A DNA stretch of 64,000 nucleotides from Ramazzottius varieornatus (Eukaryota > Animalia > Tardigrada), in assembly GCA_001949185.1 (NCBI GenBank), contig BDGG01000003.1, positions 4,075,158 to 4,139,157 on the forward strand, given 5' to 3'. Shown here one piece after another: positions 24,850 through 35,618 of the stretch. Made by a program: the position numbers and the translations under genes. The stretch's first letter is position 1. Each line of letters begins with the position of its first letter. The notes under the pieces are model-generated. The model made no database searches and was not told the DNA's origin. It saw only the letters and a program-made list of their open reading frames with translations.

Positions 24850-25242
24850 ATGTCCTTTCCAACCACCATTTTGTGCTGGCTTTTGCTCACCGTGCTAGTC
24901 GCCCAAGGGACTAATTACGGCTACGGTCCGGCTTATGGTCAACAAGCCATGGACATGATACACTTCCGTGATGGATGCAATTTTCTCTGCACTGTTTCTC
25001 CTGCCAGTCAAAAATGTAGGTACAGTTGCAAAGTACAGTTCGGTTTCAGTTTTGCCGTGTTCTCGTGTGTCGATTCAGTAAAGCTCAGCGTCGTAGTACA
25101 CTTCTGTGTTTCAGGCTTTCGCTGTAAAAACCGGATACCCATGCGATTCGGAAAACGTTCTTCGTCCAGTTCAACCGACACGGTGGTTCTTCATGCGGTA
25201 ATGCCGATGGCCAGAGTTCCCCCGGGGTTCGTCGCAAGCTAA
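24850..25242 (+). CDS. CCRFamide-like neuropeptide precursor (probable intron 25016-25114)
   Basis: Signal peptide MSFPTTILCWLLLTVLVAQG. Spliced product DGCNFLCTVSPASQKCFRCKNRIPMRF-GKR has four Cys, an RFamide and a GKR amidation/cleavage site. Confidence 0.7.
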   Translation: MSFPTTILCWLLLTVLVAQGTNYGYGPAYGQQAMDMIHFRDGCNFLCTVSPASQKCRYSCKVQFGFSFAVFSCVDSVKLSVVVHFCVSGFRCKNRIPMRFGKRSSSSSTDTVVLHAVMPMARVPPGFVAS

Positions 25243-25963
25243 CTCCGATCCTTGACTTTTAGAGCCGCTATCGTTGTCCACAGCAGGAAACGAGATAAGG
25301 ACTGATTTCACAATGGCGGGCCCCTCATTAGAGCTCAGATCCATGGTCTAAACAGTAACGAACTTTCCCCTTTGGATCAGTTCTGATCAAGCACGACGCC
25401 CCGAAAACCCTTCCAAAAATTTCAAACTATTATAACCTCGTAAACCGCTGCATTGTTAAAAGGTTCTTGTAACATGCAAGCTCGCTCGTGGCACTTCGGT
25501 AAATAATCTACTGGCTCAACAAACGACCGAAAGAGTATTGCTAATGAGAAAATTCTCGCAATTCAGTATACAACCCATTCCACAACCCTATTTAACACCT
25601 TCCAAATGGAAAATCCAGAAATATTCTCCGAAGGTGCTTCGAGAGTGCTGCCCCACTGATTCGCCCCAGTACGTACTTATGGAGTTCGAGTTACTGAAGG
25701 GGAACCAAGGAGAAGACTGACGACTAATCTCGCGCACTTCTATTACTTTACCTATTTGGTATTCTTGTACAACCTTACTATAACATTTTCGACAGCATTC
25801 AGCATATTCTTCATTCCCTTTCATTTGTCTTAGACCATCCAACGGATGTCGTGTCGTTTTTATAGCACGAGTAGCAGCTTTTTGCGCTCAGAAATACTTT
25901 GAAATGGTACAACTAATTGGTACATATGTATTAACAAAATGTATACGTTGTACATGCCCTAAC

Positions 25964-26087
25964 TGGGAGCTGGGCAAACGAAACGTACAAGATCGTTATC
26001 TCAAGTGGCGCACATTTTCATTGAGTTGGCTAGAGAGTGCGCCACTCAAGATATCGATCTTGTACGGTTTTGTTCGCCCAGCTCCCA
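25964..26087. mobile_element. Hairpin MITE family, well-preserved intergenic copy
   Basis: TGGGAGCTGGGCAAACGAAACGTACAAGATCG...AAGTGGCGCAC / GTGCGCCACTC...CGATCTTGTACGGTTTTGTTCGCCCAGCTCCCA. Confidence 0.85.
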
Positions 26088-26461
26088 ACGAATCTCGATT
26101 CACGAACCCAAACGAAAAGATGTTACGCTGCATCCAGAAAACTTCTGCCACGGACTAAGAAAGCTCCAATCAACAGACCCATTTCCCCCAACTATCAAAC
26201 AGAACACTTTTGTTGGTTGATGAGCGAGAATCCTGGACTAACTTCACATAGGAAACCTAATATTAACAGGATAAAAATAATCACTTACTGTCCTATGTTA
26301 ACCAAGAATTCGAGTTGATCACTACAACGTCGTTACGCCGAAATAATGCAGGTACATACACTTGCCAACGCTGCACCTTCGTCGACTGCTCCGGTTCGGA
26401 TTGCGACAAGACTTGGATCGTGTTTTCGTAGAAGATTTTGTCGTTTGTGGTGTAGGGAGAG

Positions 26462-27431
26462 TCAGACTTCTTTGTCGTCGTTCACAGTCGTTGGAAGAAC
26501 TCCATTAGCTTTCTTTCTCGCGTTGAAGAAACGGTCGCCGTACGGACGGTAAAGCTCAGTCTTCTTGAGTTCCGGCTTCAAAGAAACCTTATGGAAAACG
26601 AATGAGCGCTTCGACCCCTGTTCCAGCTTACACCCACTCCATCCCAGCAGACTCATCCAAGACTGGGGACTTTCTGTTAGGTTTACAAGATGGATGTCCA
26701 AGCGGATGACAAAGATGTGCTGCATCTGAGGGTAACAGTCACACAGCGCTGATGTGCAGTACATAGTGTGGTGCAGTCCCAGTAAGTCTGTACCGGAAAT
26801 TTCTCTGTGAAGATCAAGTAGCAGAACATTGGTGAAAGGTGTGCTAAGCTGAGGGAAGAAGGTCTTCCGATTCTTGTAGTGCGGGAAATTACTTTCGAGA
26901 GTCTTGCATTGCTCACGGATGAACTTGAAGTCGGGTATCCGGAACGATAGAACGGAAGTCAAAGCTGAACTTTGACTCCGTAGCATTCCATACCATTGCC
27001 TCGATACTCTGAAATCACAACGCCTTTGTTTGTGAGGGATGCATTCATTAGCAATTATTATTGACGTACCTGCTGTATTCCACTCGATGGAGAGTGGGGA
27101 AATGACGAAAGATTCCTTCGTTGAGACCAGTATGGAGATCACTCCACTCGCCACTCGGCAATCGAGTTCAGCTGTTCCATCGCAGGATCGCGAGCAGGCA
27201 GCAGGCCGCTCCCTCACCCATCACACATTCCATCCAGAAGGTCCTAAGAGTAACGCGTGCTGTAGAGCCAAACGGAAACACCACACGTATAGAAGAGCTC
27301 GAGAATTCGAGAACAAAAACCAGTGCCAGTGGACGAGATTTTCCAACAAAAGAAATCCCCCATAAGAGGAGCGAGCCGGTCGGGAAGGCATTACCGGTTT
27401 TAGCCGAACCGAGATGGAAAAGCCGGTGCAC
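26462..27431 (-). CDS. Uncharacterised protein, probably spliced
   Basis: 251-codon ORF 26462-27217 with protein-like composition and upstream donor/acceptor-like sites; head-to-head with anillin. No family recognised. Confidence 0.4.
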
Positions 27432-27801
27432 GAGATTATTTTACTGATGCACGAGATAACTACCGAAATTAGAGGGTTGATTAATTGAGTGTCGAACCGG
27501 ACCGATCCGTTCGCCGACTCCCGCCTTTGCCGGACTCCTTGAAATTTCCCATTTTCTATTTGTGTTTTTCCGTTTTCGACTTCCAACGTTTTCACTTTAG
27601 AATCCCTTCCTCAGGAAAACCGTCTATGAATCCTGTTGTGATCCAAGCTTTGCCATCTCCTGGGATTTTCGCTGTATTGTAGAGCGTGAGGATCAGCCTA
27701 GCTGACCAAGCAGCTGTAGACGAAAGCGGAATCCAAAATCCACAACGTCGAAGTCATCTTCGCCAGTCAACCGTAGACCGTTGTGGGTGTCACCTGATCA
27801 T

Positions 27802-30800
27802 ATGGATCCACCAGCGACTGCTGAGGTAAACCGGTGCTCCTTTTGTGATTCTTAACCATAACGGAAGCTCGATTTATCGCAGGAGCTGGAAAAGAGAGCT
27901 GCGCTCAGGAGAGAACAACTGGCCAAGTTCAGAAGACAGGCATCACAAGGTATCAATACAGAGCGCTTTTCACGGGTATGTAATTCGGTTTACGTCAACC
28001 GTTAACTGTCTTTACCAGGCTTAGATGAAAGCTTTCCACCTCCACCACCTGTTCTGTGTCCCCCGACGTTTCCAGTTAGTCAGAGTAAAGAAAACATCCA
28101 AAGTCATTCGACCGCTGGCGATGACAAAGTCGATTCCAGTAAGTATGATTGGCTATAAATTCACGAGTAAGTTCGTGGAAAGATCGGGTGATTGTTTTAG
28201 AAACACCTGGGTCAGAACCAGGCAAGAATCACATCAAGAAGGTGTTCGCTTCGTTGTCGGATGCTTACCGTTCTGTGGACGAAGAAGACACTCAAAGCCT
28301 AACGAGTAAACCCCGCACTCCGCAGAAGGACGCACGACCGAGGTCGTCTGGTGCAAGTCGATCATCAGACAGTCCAGGCAGACGACCGTCCAACAACTCG
28401 CCACGCAGAGTGAATGCAGTCAACGGTGGTCCTTCCAGTATCATCCGTACAACAGGGTCGCCCGCACGAATTGTGTCCAAGAGTAATCTGCACGATGCAG
28501 CTGAGCTGTCAGTTTCAGAGAAGAAAGCTTTGTTCGAGAAGCCAGCCATTCCCGTGCCTTCTCCACCTCCGCCGGAAACGTGCACTGTCCAAGAAAAGAA
28601 AGCTATGTTCGAGAAAACAAAGGCTGCGACTTCATTCAGTGGTAATTTGGACCTAAACAAAACCATCTGAAAGCACAATGAGGTCGTTTTTCCAAGTGGC
28701 GGACGCTTCCAACCGAAATTACTGAACGCATGCGTCACTTGGAAAGGCGGTCTGCTGGACTTTGTTTGCCAGGCTCCCATTCATCTTTTGCTAATTTGTT
28801 TTTCCGAATTTTAGTTGGAAACGCGTCTTCGAAGCCGCCCGTTGCAGATCCACAAACGTTTCGTCGAGCCTTGTTCCAAGAAGCAGCTTCCAAGGCCCAA
28901 GATCCCTCACATCGTAAACCCGACCTTGTTCACCCTGAAAGACGGGACTGCGAACCGAAAAGCCCGAAGAAGAATCCAGTGATTCACGACTTGTCAGCTA
29001 AGCCGCAGTCTAAGCTGTCTCCTTTCGTCGAGCCGCCAAAAGAAGTGGGAGCCTTCACAAAGACGCTTCAGGACAAGCTGCTCGACCAGAAAGAAGCATG
29101 GAGACACAACCCACTGGCCATGCAGATCGAGAACCAGAAGCAAGAAGACATGAAAGTTTTGAAGAAACGATGGGAACTCATGGCGGAAGAAGAGAAACTG
29201 GCCAACGAAAGACACACCCTTATCGAACAGGTACTATAATAAGTACAGACCAAGCGAGAATTTATTCTGGAGCTCGGCGAAAGAACTCGACAAGATCGTT
29301 TTCTCAAGCAGCGCACGTCTTCACTGTAGTTGGCCAAAGCGTGCACCGCTTGAAAAAAACGGTGTACTCAAGTTGGCTTTTTGTCAAGTGGCGCACTTTT
29401 CCAGAGTTGTGGCTGGAGGCGTGCGCCAGTTGGAAAGATGTCCTCGTTGCCCTTACAGTACTTGTACGAAATGCCCATCAACTTTGCGGCGGGCACGGCC
29501 TTGATAAAGCCTTTTTCGTAGCATATTGGCAGAGGTTAACTACTTCAAAGACCGACGAAGTTTCTGTTCGGCTCGATTTTCGTTTCCAGTTGACTTCGAC
29601 CAAACTTAATTTTCCGTTTCAGTTGTGTTGTTTCTGTTTCAATTGTGTTGTTTCTGACGCATGTGTGTTTCTGTTTGGCAGGCGTTGGAAAAGCGCAAAG
29701 CCAGCGGGACTCCGCCCGTGATGGACAGACCACCGCCACTTCCGCTTCCCGGCTCTTCAGCACTTCACGAGACGGTCTCGAAGTCCACAGCCGAGGCTTT
29801 AGAGCAGTCGGCAATCAAGCAACACCCCATGTTTACCATGCCGACTCCGCCGGCGCCTGCTGATCGTACCTGTGATCATTTGACCGCCAAGACTCCTCAG
29901 TCCAGTCAGCTACCAACACGCCACGACGCCATTGCGCGCTTCGAGAACCGCACAGGTACACCGCCTCCACCACCGCCACTGCCCCCGCCATACATGGGCA
30001 AGATTGTCCCGTTCACCCAGAAGCAAGAAACGGAGGTACGGAGAAGACAGAAGTTACCGGAAGAGGAGGGACTCACGTATGGCGAATCGACCGAGGACAG
30101 CTACGGTAAGTATCTCGAAACAACCTTGAAAATTTATTCTGTGAATATTTTGGCTTACAAAAGGTGCAAAAAACTGAATAGGCTTGCAGACGCCATAGAT
30201 AATGTAATTGTTTTGAAAATCTGTGATAAAGGGAGGTTGGCAAATGTTTTAATCAGGCGTTATCGCAAGCGGCGCACGTTTCCGTAGTTGATGGCCGAGA
30301 GTGCGCGTCGCTTGTGAAAACGATGTCAACGAATACGTTTGTCGACGTGCAAAAGAATACCGCTGAGAAGCCGCTTTCATCATGGTGTCTGACGTTCCGA
30401 GAACGAGTGATATGAAAACTTGGTTTCCGACCCGGTCTGAAAGTTTCCTGTTGTATGGCCACCTCCAAGTTCGGCCAACTTGTGTAACGTGATAAGGCCG
30501 CATTTGCAGTACGTACACGTGTGTACCTCCTTACTGTTTTCCGCAGAAGATCCCGGGGAGAACATGGAGGTGACTGACACCGAGCCGAAGCTGGGATGGA
30601 GCGCCAGCAGAGAACATTCCTCCACACTTCGCAACAAACGTTCAGCGGACTCCAGGAACCACCTGAAAGGTTCTCGCCACACGCGAGACGAAGATTACTT
30701 GTCGGACGAGTCTAACGAGACAGATGAAAGTCCGCAAAAGCGATCCAGCAGTTCGAAAGCCACGGCGGGTCTGAACAACAGCTATGTCTATGAGCAAGAT

Positions 30801-33084
30801 AGCACTTCGGATACGACTTCCGAGATCGAGTCAATCGACACGTCGACATCCAACACGCAGCCTATATCGCTGAGTTTCTACAGGAAGGCACAGAAAGAGA
30901 CTGGAAGCGGGATCAAGAAGGTCCTGATACAGGATGACCGAAGGAGTATCGCGCCTTCGGAAGACGAAGACTCGCAAAGAATGCAGGCGATCACCGCCAA
31001 CCAACGGAAGATCGATGTAAGTAGACTTATTATGTGAGTTCGGAAACCCGACAAGGTCGCCGTCCCAAGTGGCGCACGCTTTTAGCAAAGACAATGAAAG
31101 CGTGCGCCACTTGGACAAACTCTAGGATTTCTTTTCAAGTAACGCACGCTTCCAGCTGATAACATCGAAAGCGTGCGCTACTTGGGAAAGTAATGTTGTT
31201 CCGTATGTTCACCGGGCTTCCGTATCGCTTCGTTTGAATCTGCTTTGGCCACTCTTCGTTCATCGAGCCTATTAAATCATTTCTTCTGGGTTGCAGGCTT
31301 TATACGAGGTTTCGGCTCAACAGCATGCGATCTTGGTCCAGACGACATCCGCTTTGAATGTGTGTCGGACTGCGCCGGAGTTCCAGGGTAGCACCGAACG
31401 GGCTGAATGTGAGAGGTTGCTTCTAATTGCCGGTGTGTATTCTCCACTTTTATTCCGTCGTTCCGATTACATTATGGATCTAACCGATCCTTTCCTGTTT
31501 AAACAGCGAAGAAACGGGATGCCTGTCAGGCTGAAATAGCCCGGCTTAAATGTATGGTGACACAGCTGAAGCAGAGCCACTCGCTTTCCAATCAGGGCAG
31601 CTTCGGCAAAGTGACGATCAATGAAATTGTGCTTCCAACCAAAGATGGCTTTGTGGACTATATTCGCTCCGAAAGTAAGATTTTGGAATAGGTTTGCCGA
31701 GCCTTTTTAAGAACTTTTTTGGCCTTCTGTTTCGTAGTGGAACTCATGCATTACTTCGTGATACTGCTGAAGCACCACGATTCCGTCCAAGCGACCCAAA
31801 TGGTCAACTCTGTCCAACATCTGCAGTCCGATGGACGCTTCACATTCCCATCTGCCCCACATCCGATCACATTTGAAAATCTCGAGAACGATTTTGTTAT
31901 CAACGTCGAAGTGTACGCCGTCGTAAGTTCCCCTCACCAAAACGCGATTTTCACTGCTCTGTGTAACACTTGTCCTAATTATAGCAAACGCGACGTGAGA
32001 CGGTATCTCATGATGAGAAGTACCACATCAAGGACAAGTCCAAGAAGAAAGAAAAGGGCTTCACGCTGAAGAGTATCATACCAGGTCTGCAAGGAAGCAG
32101 CCATAAGAACACACCACCTAGCTCGCCGTTGAAGCAGCAGCTGGAAGTCCGCCCAACCAGCTTTGGATGCATCGGCTTCTGTAACCTGTCACTGCAGAAT
32201 ATCCACAGCGAAACCTTTTATCTTAGCAAGGTACTTCTTCGGGTTTGTTTCCCGTTCGAATTGGTCTGTTGGGACTCAAATGTTTTCTGCATAGGTTCCC
32301 GATCATGCAGCACCGGAAGGACCGTTGCACATGAAGATGCAATGTGGCGTTGCATTAGAAACCTTCGAACGAGGCTTTTTGGTAAGTCTAGGGGTTTTGC
32401 CGTATACAGGAAGACGCCGAAACATGCGTTCAAAATGATCATCCCAAGTAGCGCACATTCCCATTGTTATTGGTCAGAATCGTGCGCCACTCTAGATAAC
32501 CATTTCGAACGATTCGCTTGCCGGCCTTCCATACGCTACCGTTTGATACTAATTCACGTTTCTGACCCACTAGACAATCTTTGAGGACTCCTGTGGTCCA
32601 GCGGCCTGGCATCGGCGGTGGTGCCAGCTGAAGAACGACACGATATTCATGTGGAAGTACCCGGAAGAAGTCGATGTTACGGTAAGGCTTCAGTCGTCTC
32701 CCTCAAAAGCCATCTCTCGATCAAATTCGTCACTCTGGAATGCATCCTTCTCGTCGACAGGAGCCTCAAATATGTAGCCTTCGATGGGTGAACGGTCAGG
32801 CCGAGTCTCTGAGCTTAAGTGCTTGCGCGAGACCGAACACCTTCCAGATGATACTGAGCAGGCCGTTGCGGCTGGCTGGAGAAGCTCGGGAAGGCGCACC
32901 ATACAAGTGAGTTCTTAACCTTGCGGACATACCGTGAAGTTGAAAGGGCGTATTTCGTCTTTACAGGTATCTGTTTTCTGCTGACGGGAAAGAAGAGCGC
33001 TTCATCTGGATTGAAAAGGTGAACAAGGTTCTGACTGCCATTCGGGATTGGATACCCACCGAGAAGACCTATAGACCACGCTAA
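27802..33084 (+). CDS. ANLN: Anillin (multi-exon)
   Basis: N-terminus MDPPATAE|ELEKRAALRREQL; SVSEKKALFEK repeats; AHD/RBD (QTTSALNVC...FQGSTERAECERLLLIA); C2-like region; PH domain (GFLTIFED...AWHRRWC...CARPNTF...LFSADGKEERFIWIEKVN). Confidence 0.88.
28660..28778. mobile_element. Hairpin MITE family copy (anillin intron)
   Basis: TTCCAAGTGGCGGAC...GCGTCACTTGGAAA...TTTGTTTGCCAGGCTCCC. Confidence 0.7.
29269..29450. mobile_element. Hairpin MITE family, double-core form (anillin intron)
   Basis: GGAGCTCGGCG...ACTCGACAAGATCG followed by two palindromic cores. Confidence 0.7.
30230..30350. mobile_element. Hairpin MITE family copy (anillin intron)
   Basis: GGGAGGTTGGCAAA...AAGCGGCGCAC...GTGCGCGTCGCTT. 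Confidence 0.6.
31036..31220. mobile_element. Hairpin MITE family, double-core form (anillin intron)
   Basis: CCAAGTGGCGCACGCTTT...AAAGCGTGCGCCACTTGG, then a second core CAAGTAACGCACGCTT...AAGCGTGCGCTACTTG. Confidence 0.8.
32410..32530. mobile_element. Hairpin MITE family copy (anillin intron)
   Basis: CCCAAGTAGCGCAC-GTTATTGG loop-GTGCGCCACT. Confidence 0.65.
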
Positions 33085-33381
33085 AAGTCTGCTCGGAATT
33101 GTGTAGATCGTCGAAGCATATTCTGTGTAGTCTATATTACATATCACGTCCAAAGCAACGTTTGTTTTCCTTCGGTCTGTTTTTAAGTTTTCTTTTTTAT
33201 TTGGCTTTACGTTTCGTGAGTTCGTTTCGTGGCTCTCTTCGGTCTTGCATGGTTCTCTGTCCAGCTAAGTTTGGTGTTATAGTCCCAAATACTACAGCGT
33301 GTTCTCTTTTGCTGTATTCTGTGGTATGTATCTCTTCTGCTTACGTAGTTCGTACTGTAATATGTAAAGTAAACTTGTGAC

Positions 33382-34936
33382 TTAGTTCTTGAAAACCAAA
33401 ATCTCGTTCCTGTCATAGCCGACGACACCAAACCGAGAGCCGTCCGCGTTGAGGAACTGCACTCCACACAGCAGCATGTCTTCGGCAACCTGCTGCTGCA
33501 GGTGTTGAACCTAGAAAAAACAAGCTTGGGCTTCCTCCATAAACTAATGGGTGGTAGGCTTCCAACCGGGACTGCGAAACAATCAATATCTATCCGTGTC
33601 GGAAATGCATCACTGCAGGGCCTTCCGTTTGGATCTTTCTCCCGGTTTCTAGTTGGAACTACGGTTTTATAAACGGTGTTCCCCACTGGAAACCGAAAAG
33701 AAATTCCAGATCGAGGACCCTGCAGAGATGCATTTCCTGCATTATATATGGCACAAAGAGTCCAGCCAGAAGGTGAATTTACCTTGCAGTCGTCGCTTTT
33801 CTCGTCGATGGCCCACATCTGTATGAACGAGTCTTCGCCAACCGTCATCAGTACCTATCGTCATGATCGCAACCCATTCATGAAATCAACGAGGACGTCA
33901 GTTGATAAAAGAGAGAGATTCCTGCACCTGTGCTTTCCAGCTGTAGGCCATCGCCGTGATGGCGGCTCCATGCGCGTTGATATCCGCGTAGACGGAGCCG
34001 GTATCACGACACATCAGCCGCAGTAATCCGTTGGCATAACCCAGAATAACGAACACCTCTGTCAATTCCATCGCATTGAGCAGTGTAGAGACTCTGGAAA
34101 GAAAAAAGAAATATACCACAGTAGGGAAATGTTGATTGAAAAGTATCTCACCCGGTCGGAACACTCTTCAGAATGGGCACCATCGTTTTGACGTCCAAGT
34201 ACCACGTCCATAGCTTCCCAGCGGAATCAGCTGCAGCCAGTAGAGCCTTATCAGCTGTCAGCAGCAAGGCCCTGCTTTGGGGAGAAGTATGAACAGTCTG
34301 GAATAGTGTCAAGCCTTCCCGGCTGTAGTTCTCCAACTGCAGAACATGGACTAATCCTTGGCAGTTCCCGATGCATATCAGGTTGTCAGCCAGCACCGTC
34401 ACGCAGATATGCATGGACCATTCGGCGTTGGCTGCAAGCTCTTCCAGAGCAAAGCCAGGAAAGGCTTCTAAATCCCCACTGAGACTAATCTACAACGAGC
34501 CACGGTAATCTGACTGGACTTGGGCAAACAGATTCGACAAGGTTCTCCAAGTGGCGCACACATCAGCCAAAAACCCCGAGAACGTGCGCCACTTGGGAAA
34601 GCGATCTTGTCGAGTCTGTCGAAGACGGTTGCTTACGAATGGGCCTCGCGATGTAAGGACTATCAAAACAGGCTTCTGGTCAAAGAGGAAAGTCTTGCTC
34701 TGGAAGATCACCAAGCTGAGAGCCAGAGCTCCGGTAGGGACAGATGAAGATGTCGGCCAGGGTTTCTTGAGGCAGTCGGCAATGACTTCCTGGTTGCCCG
34801 TGATGACACCATACTTGTGGATGACAGAAAACTCAAAACTGTTCCCGTCCTTGTATGCAACACTGAAGTTATTCGGAATGTGCGATGCACTGTACGGTAG
34901 AGCCAGATTTTTGTAACTGCGATATTGGATCATCAT
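33382..34936 (-). CDS. WDR54: WD repeat-containing protein 54 (multi-exon)
   Basis: Start MMIQYRSYKNLAL...SASHIPNN; ICIGNCQG; GYANGLLRL...INAHGAAITAM; TVGEDSFIQMW; C-terminal LLCGVQFLNADGSRFGVVGYDRNEI, which resembles the WDR54 C-terminus. Confidence 0.8.
33601..33738. repeat. ~138-bp near-palindrome in WDR54 intron (separate hairpin family)
   Basis: GGAAATGCATCACTGCAGGGCC...GGTTTTATAAACGG...GGACCCTGCAGAGATGCATTTCC. Confidence 0.75.
34517..34625. mobile_element. Hairpin MITE family copy (WDR54 intron)
   Basis: GGCAAACAGATTCGACAAGG...CCAAGTGGCGCAC...GTGCGCCACTTGGG...ATCTTGTCGAGTCTGT. Confidence 0.8.
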
Positions 34937-35166
34937 CGTCTATCATGCGCATCTGGACAAAGCGTCGTTTCCGACCGGAAGTCCAATATTACCCAGCTTT
35001 CGAAAACTTTTGTAGCGGGGAATTACCAAGATTTCGTACCAAGAATTTTTACAGAAACACTTCAAAGCGTACTGTACTACCTGCAGTAATTCATTTAGCC
35101 AAATCGATAATAGAGAATCGTCCACAGTAGGCATATCGATCCTGGCAGGTACGGATAGCATATTAT

Positions 35167-35361
35167 GGACGATCGGCAAACAAACTCGATCATTTTGTTT
35201 TCCCAAGTGACGCACGCTTCCACCCAATATCATCGACAGAGGGCGCCACTTGGGACAACGGTCTGTCCGTCGTTTGTTTGTAAAGTGGCGCACCTTCTCC
35301 TTGTTACTGGCGGAGACCGTGCGCCACTTGAGAAAACGATTCGAGTTTGTTTGCCGAGCTC
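35167..35361. mobile_element. Hairpin MITE family, double-core form (WDR54 5' / GANAB 3' spacer)
   Basis: CGGCAAACAAACTCGA, two cores, then TCGAGTTTGTTTGCCGAGCT. Confidence 0.8.
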
Positions 35362-35618
35362 TGTGTTCTGAACTCCTATGCGGGAAGAGCGACTGTGGTG
35401 AAATTTACTACCCAAGATATAAGAATCAAGATGGACGAATTTTAAAATGACAACGTGTGGGTACGTGTTGCAAAATGCGGGGCTACAAGGGCCATGAAAC
35501 TGAAAGAGTAGGTCCGTTGATCACAAGAGTGGAATTTCTGATTGCGGTGCTTCCAAGAACATGTTGAGCTGGTAAACTACCGCATGAATCTCGTCAGAAA
35601 TAAATAGACAGAACGAGC

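Noticed and set aside
27221-27223. In-frame TGA joining ORFs 27221-27595 and 26462-27217 as readthrough or Sec
   Set aside because: A G|GTGAGG donor-like site follows immediately; splicing is the simpler explanation.
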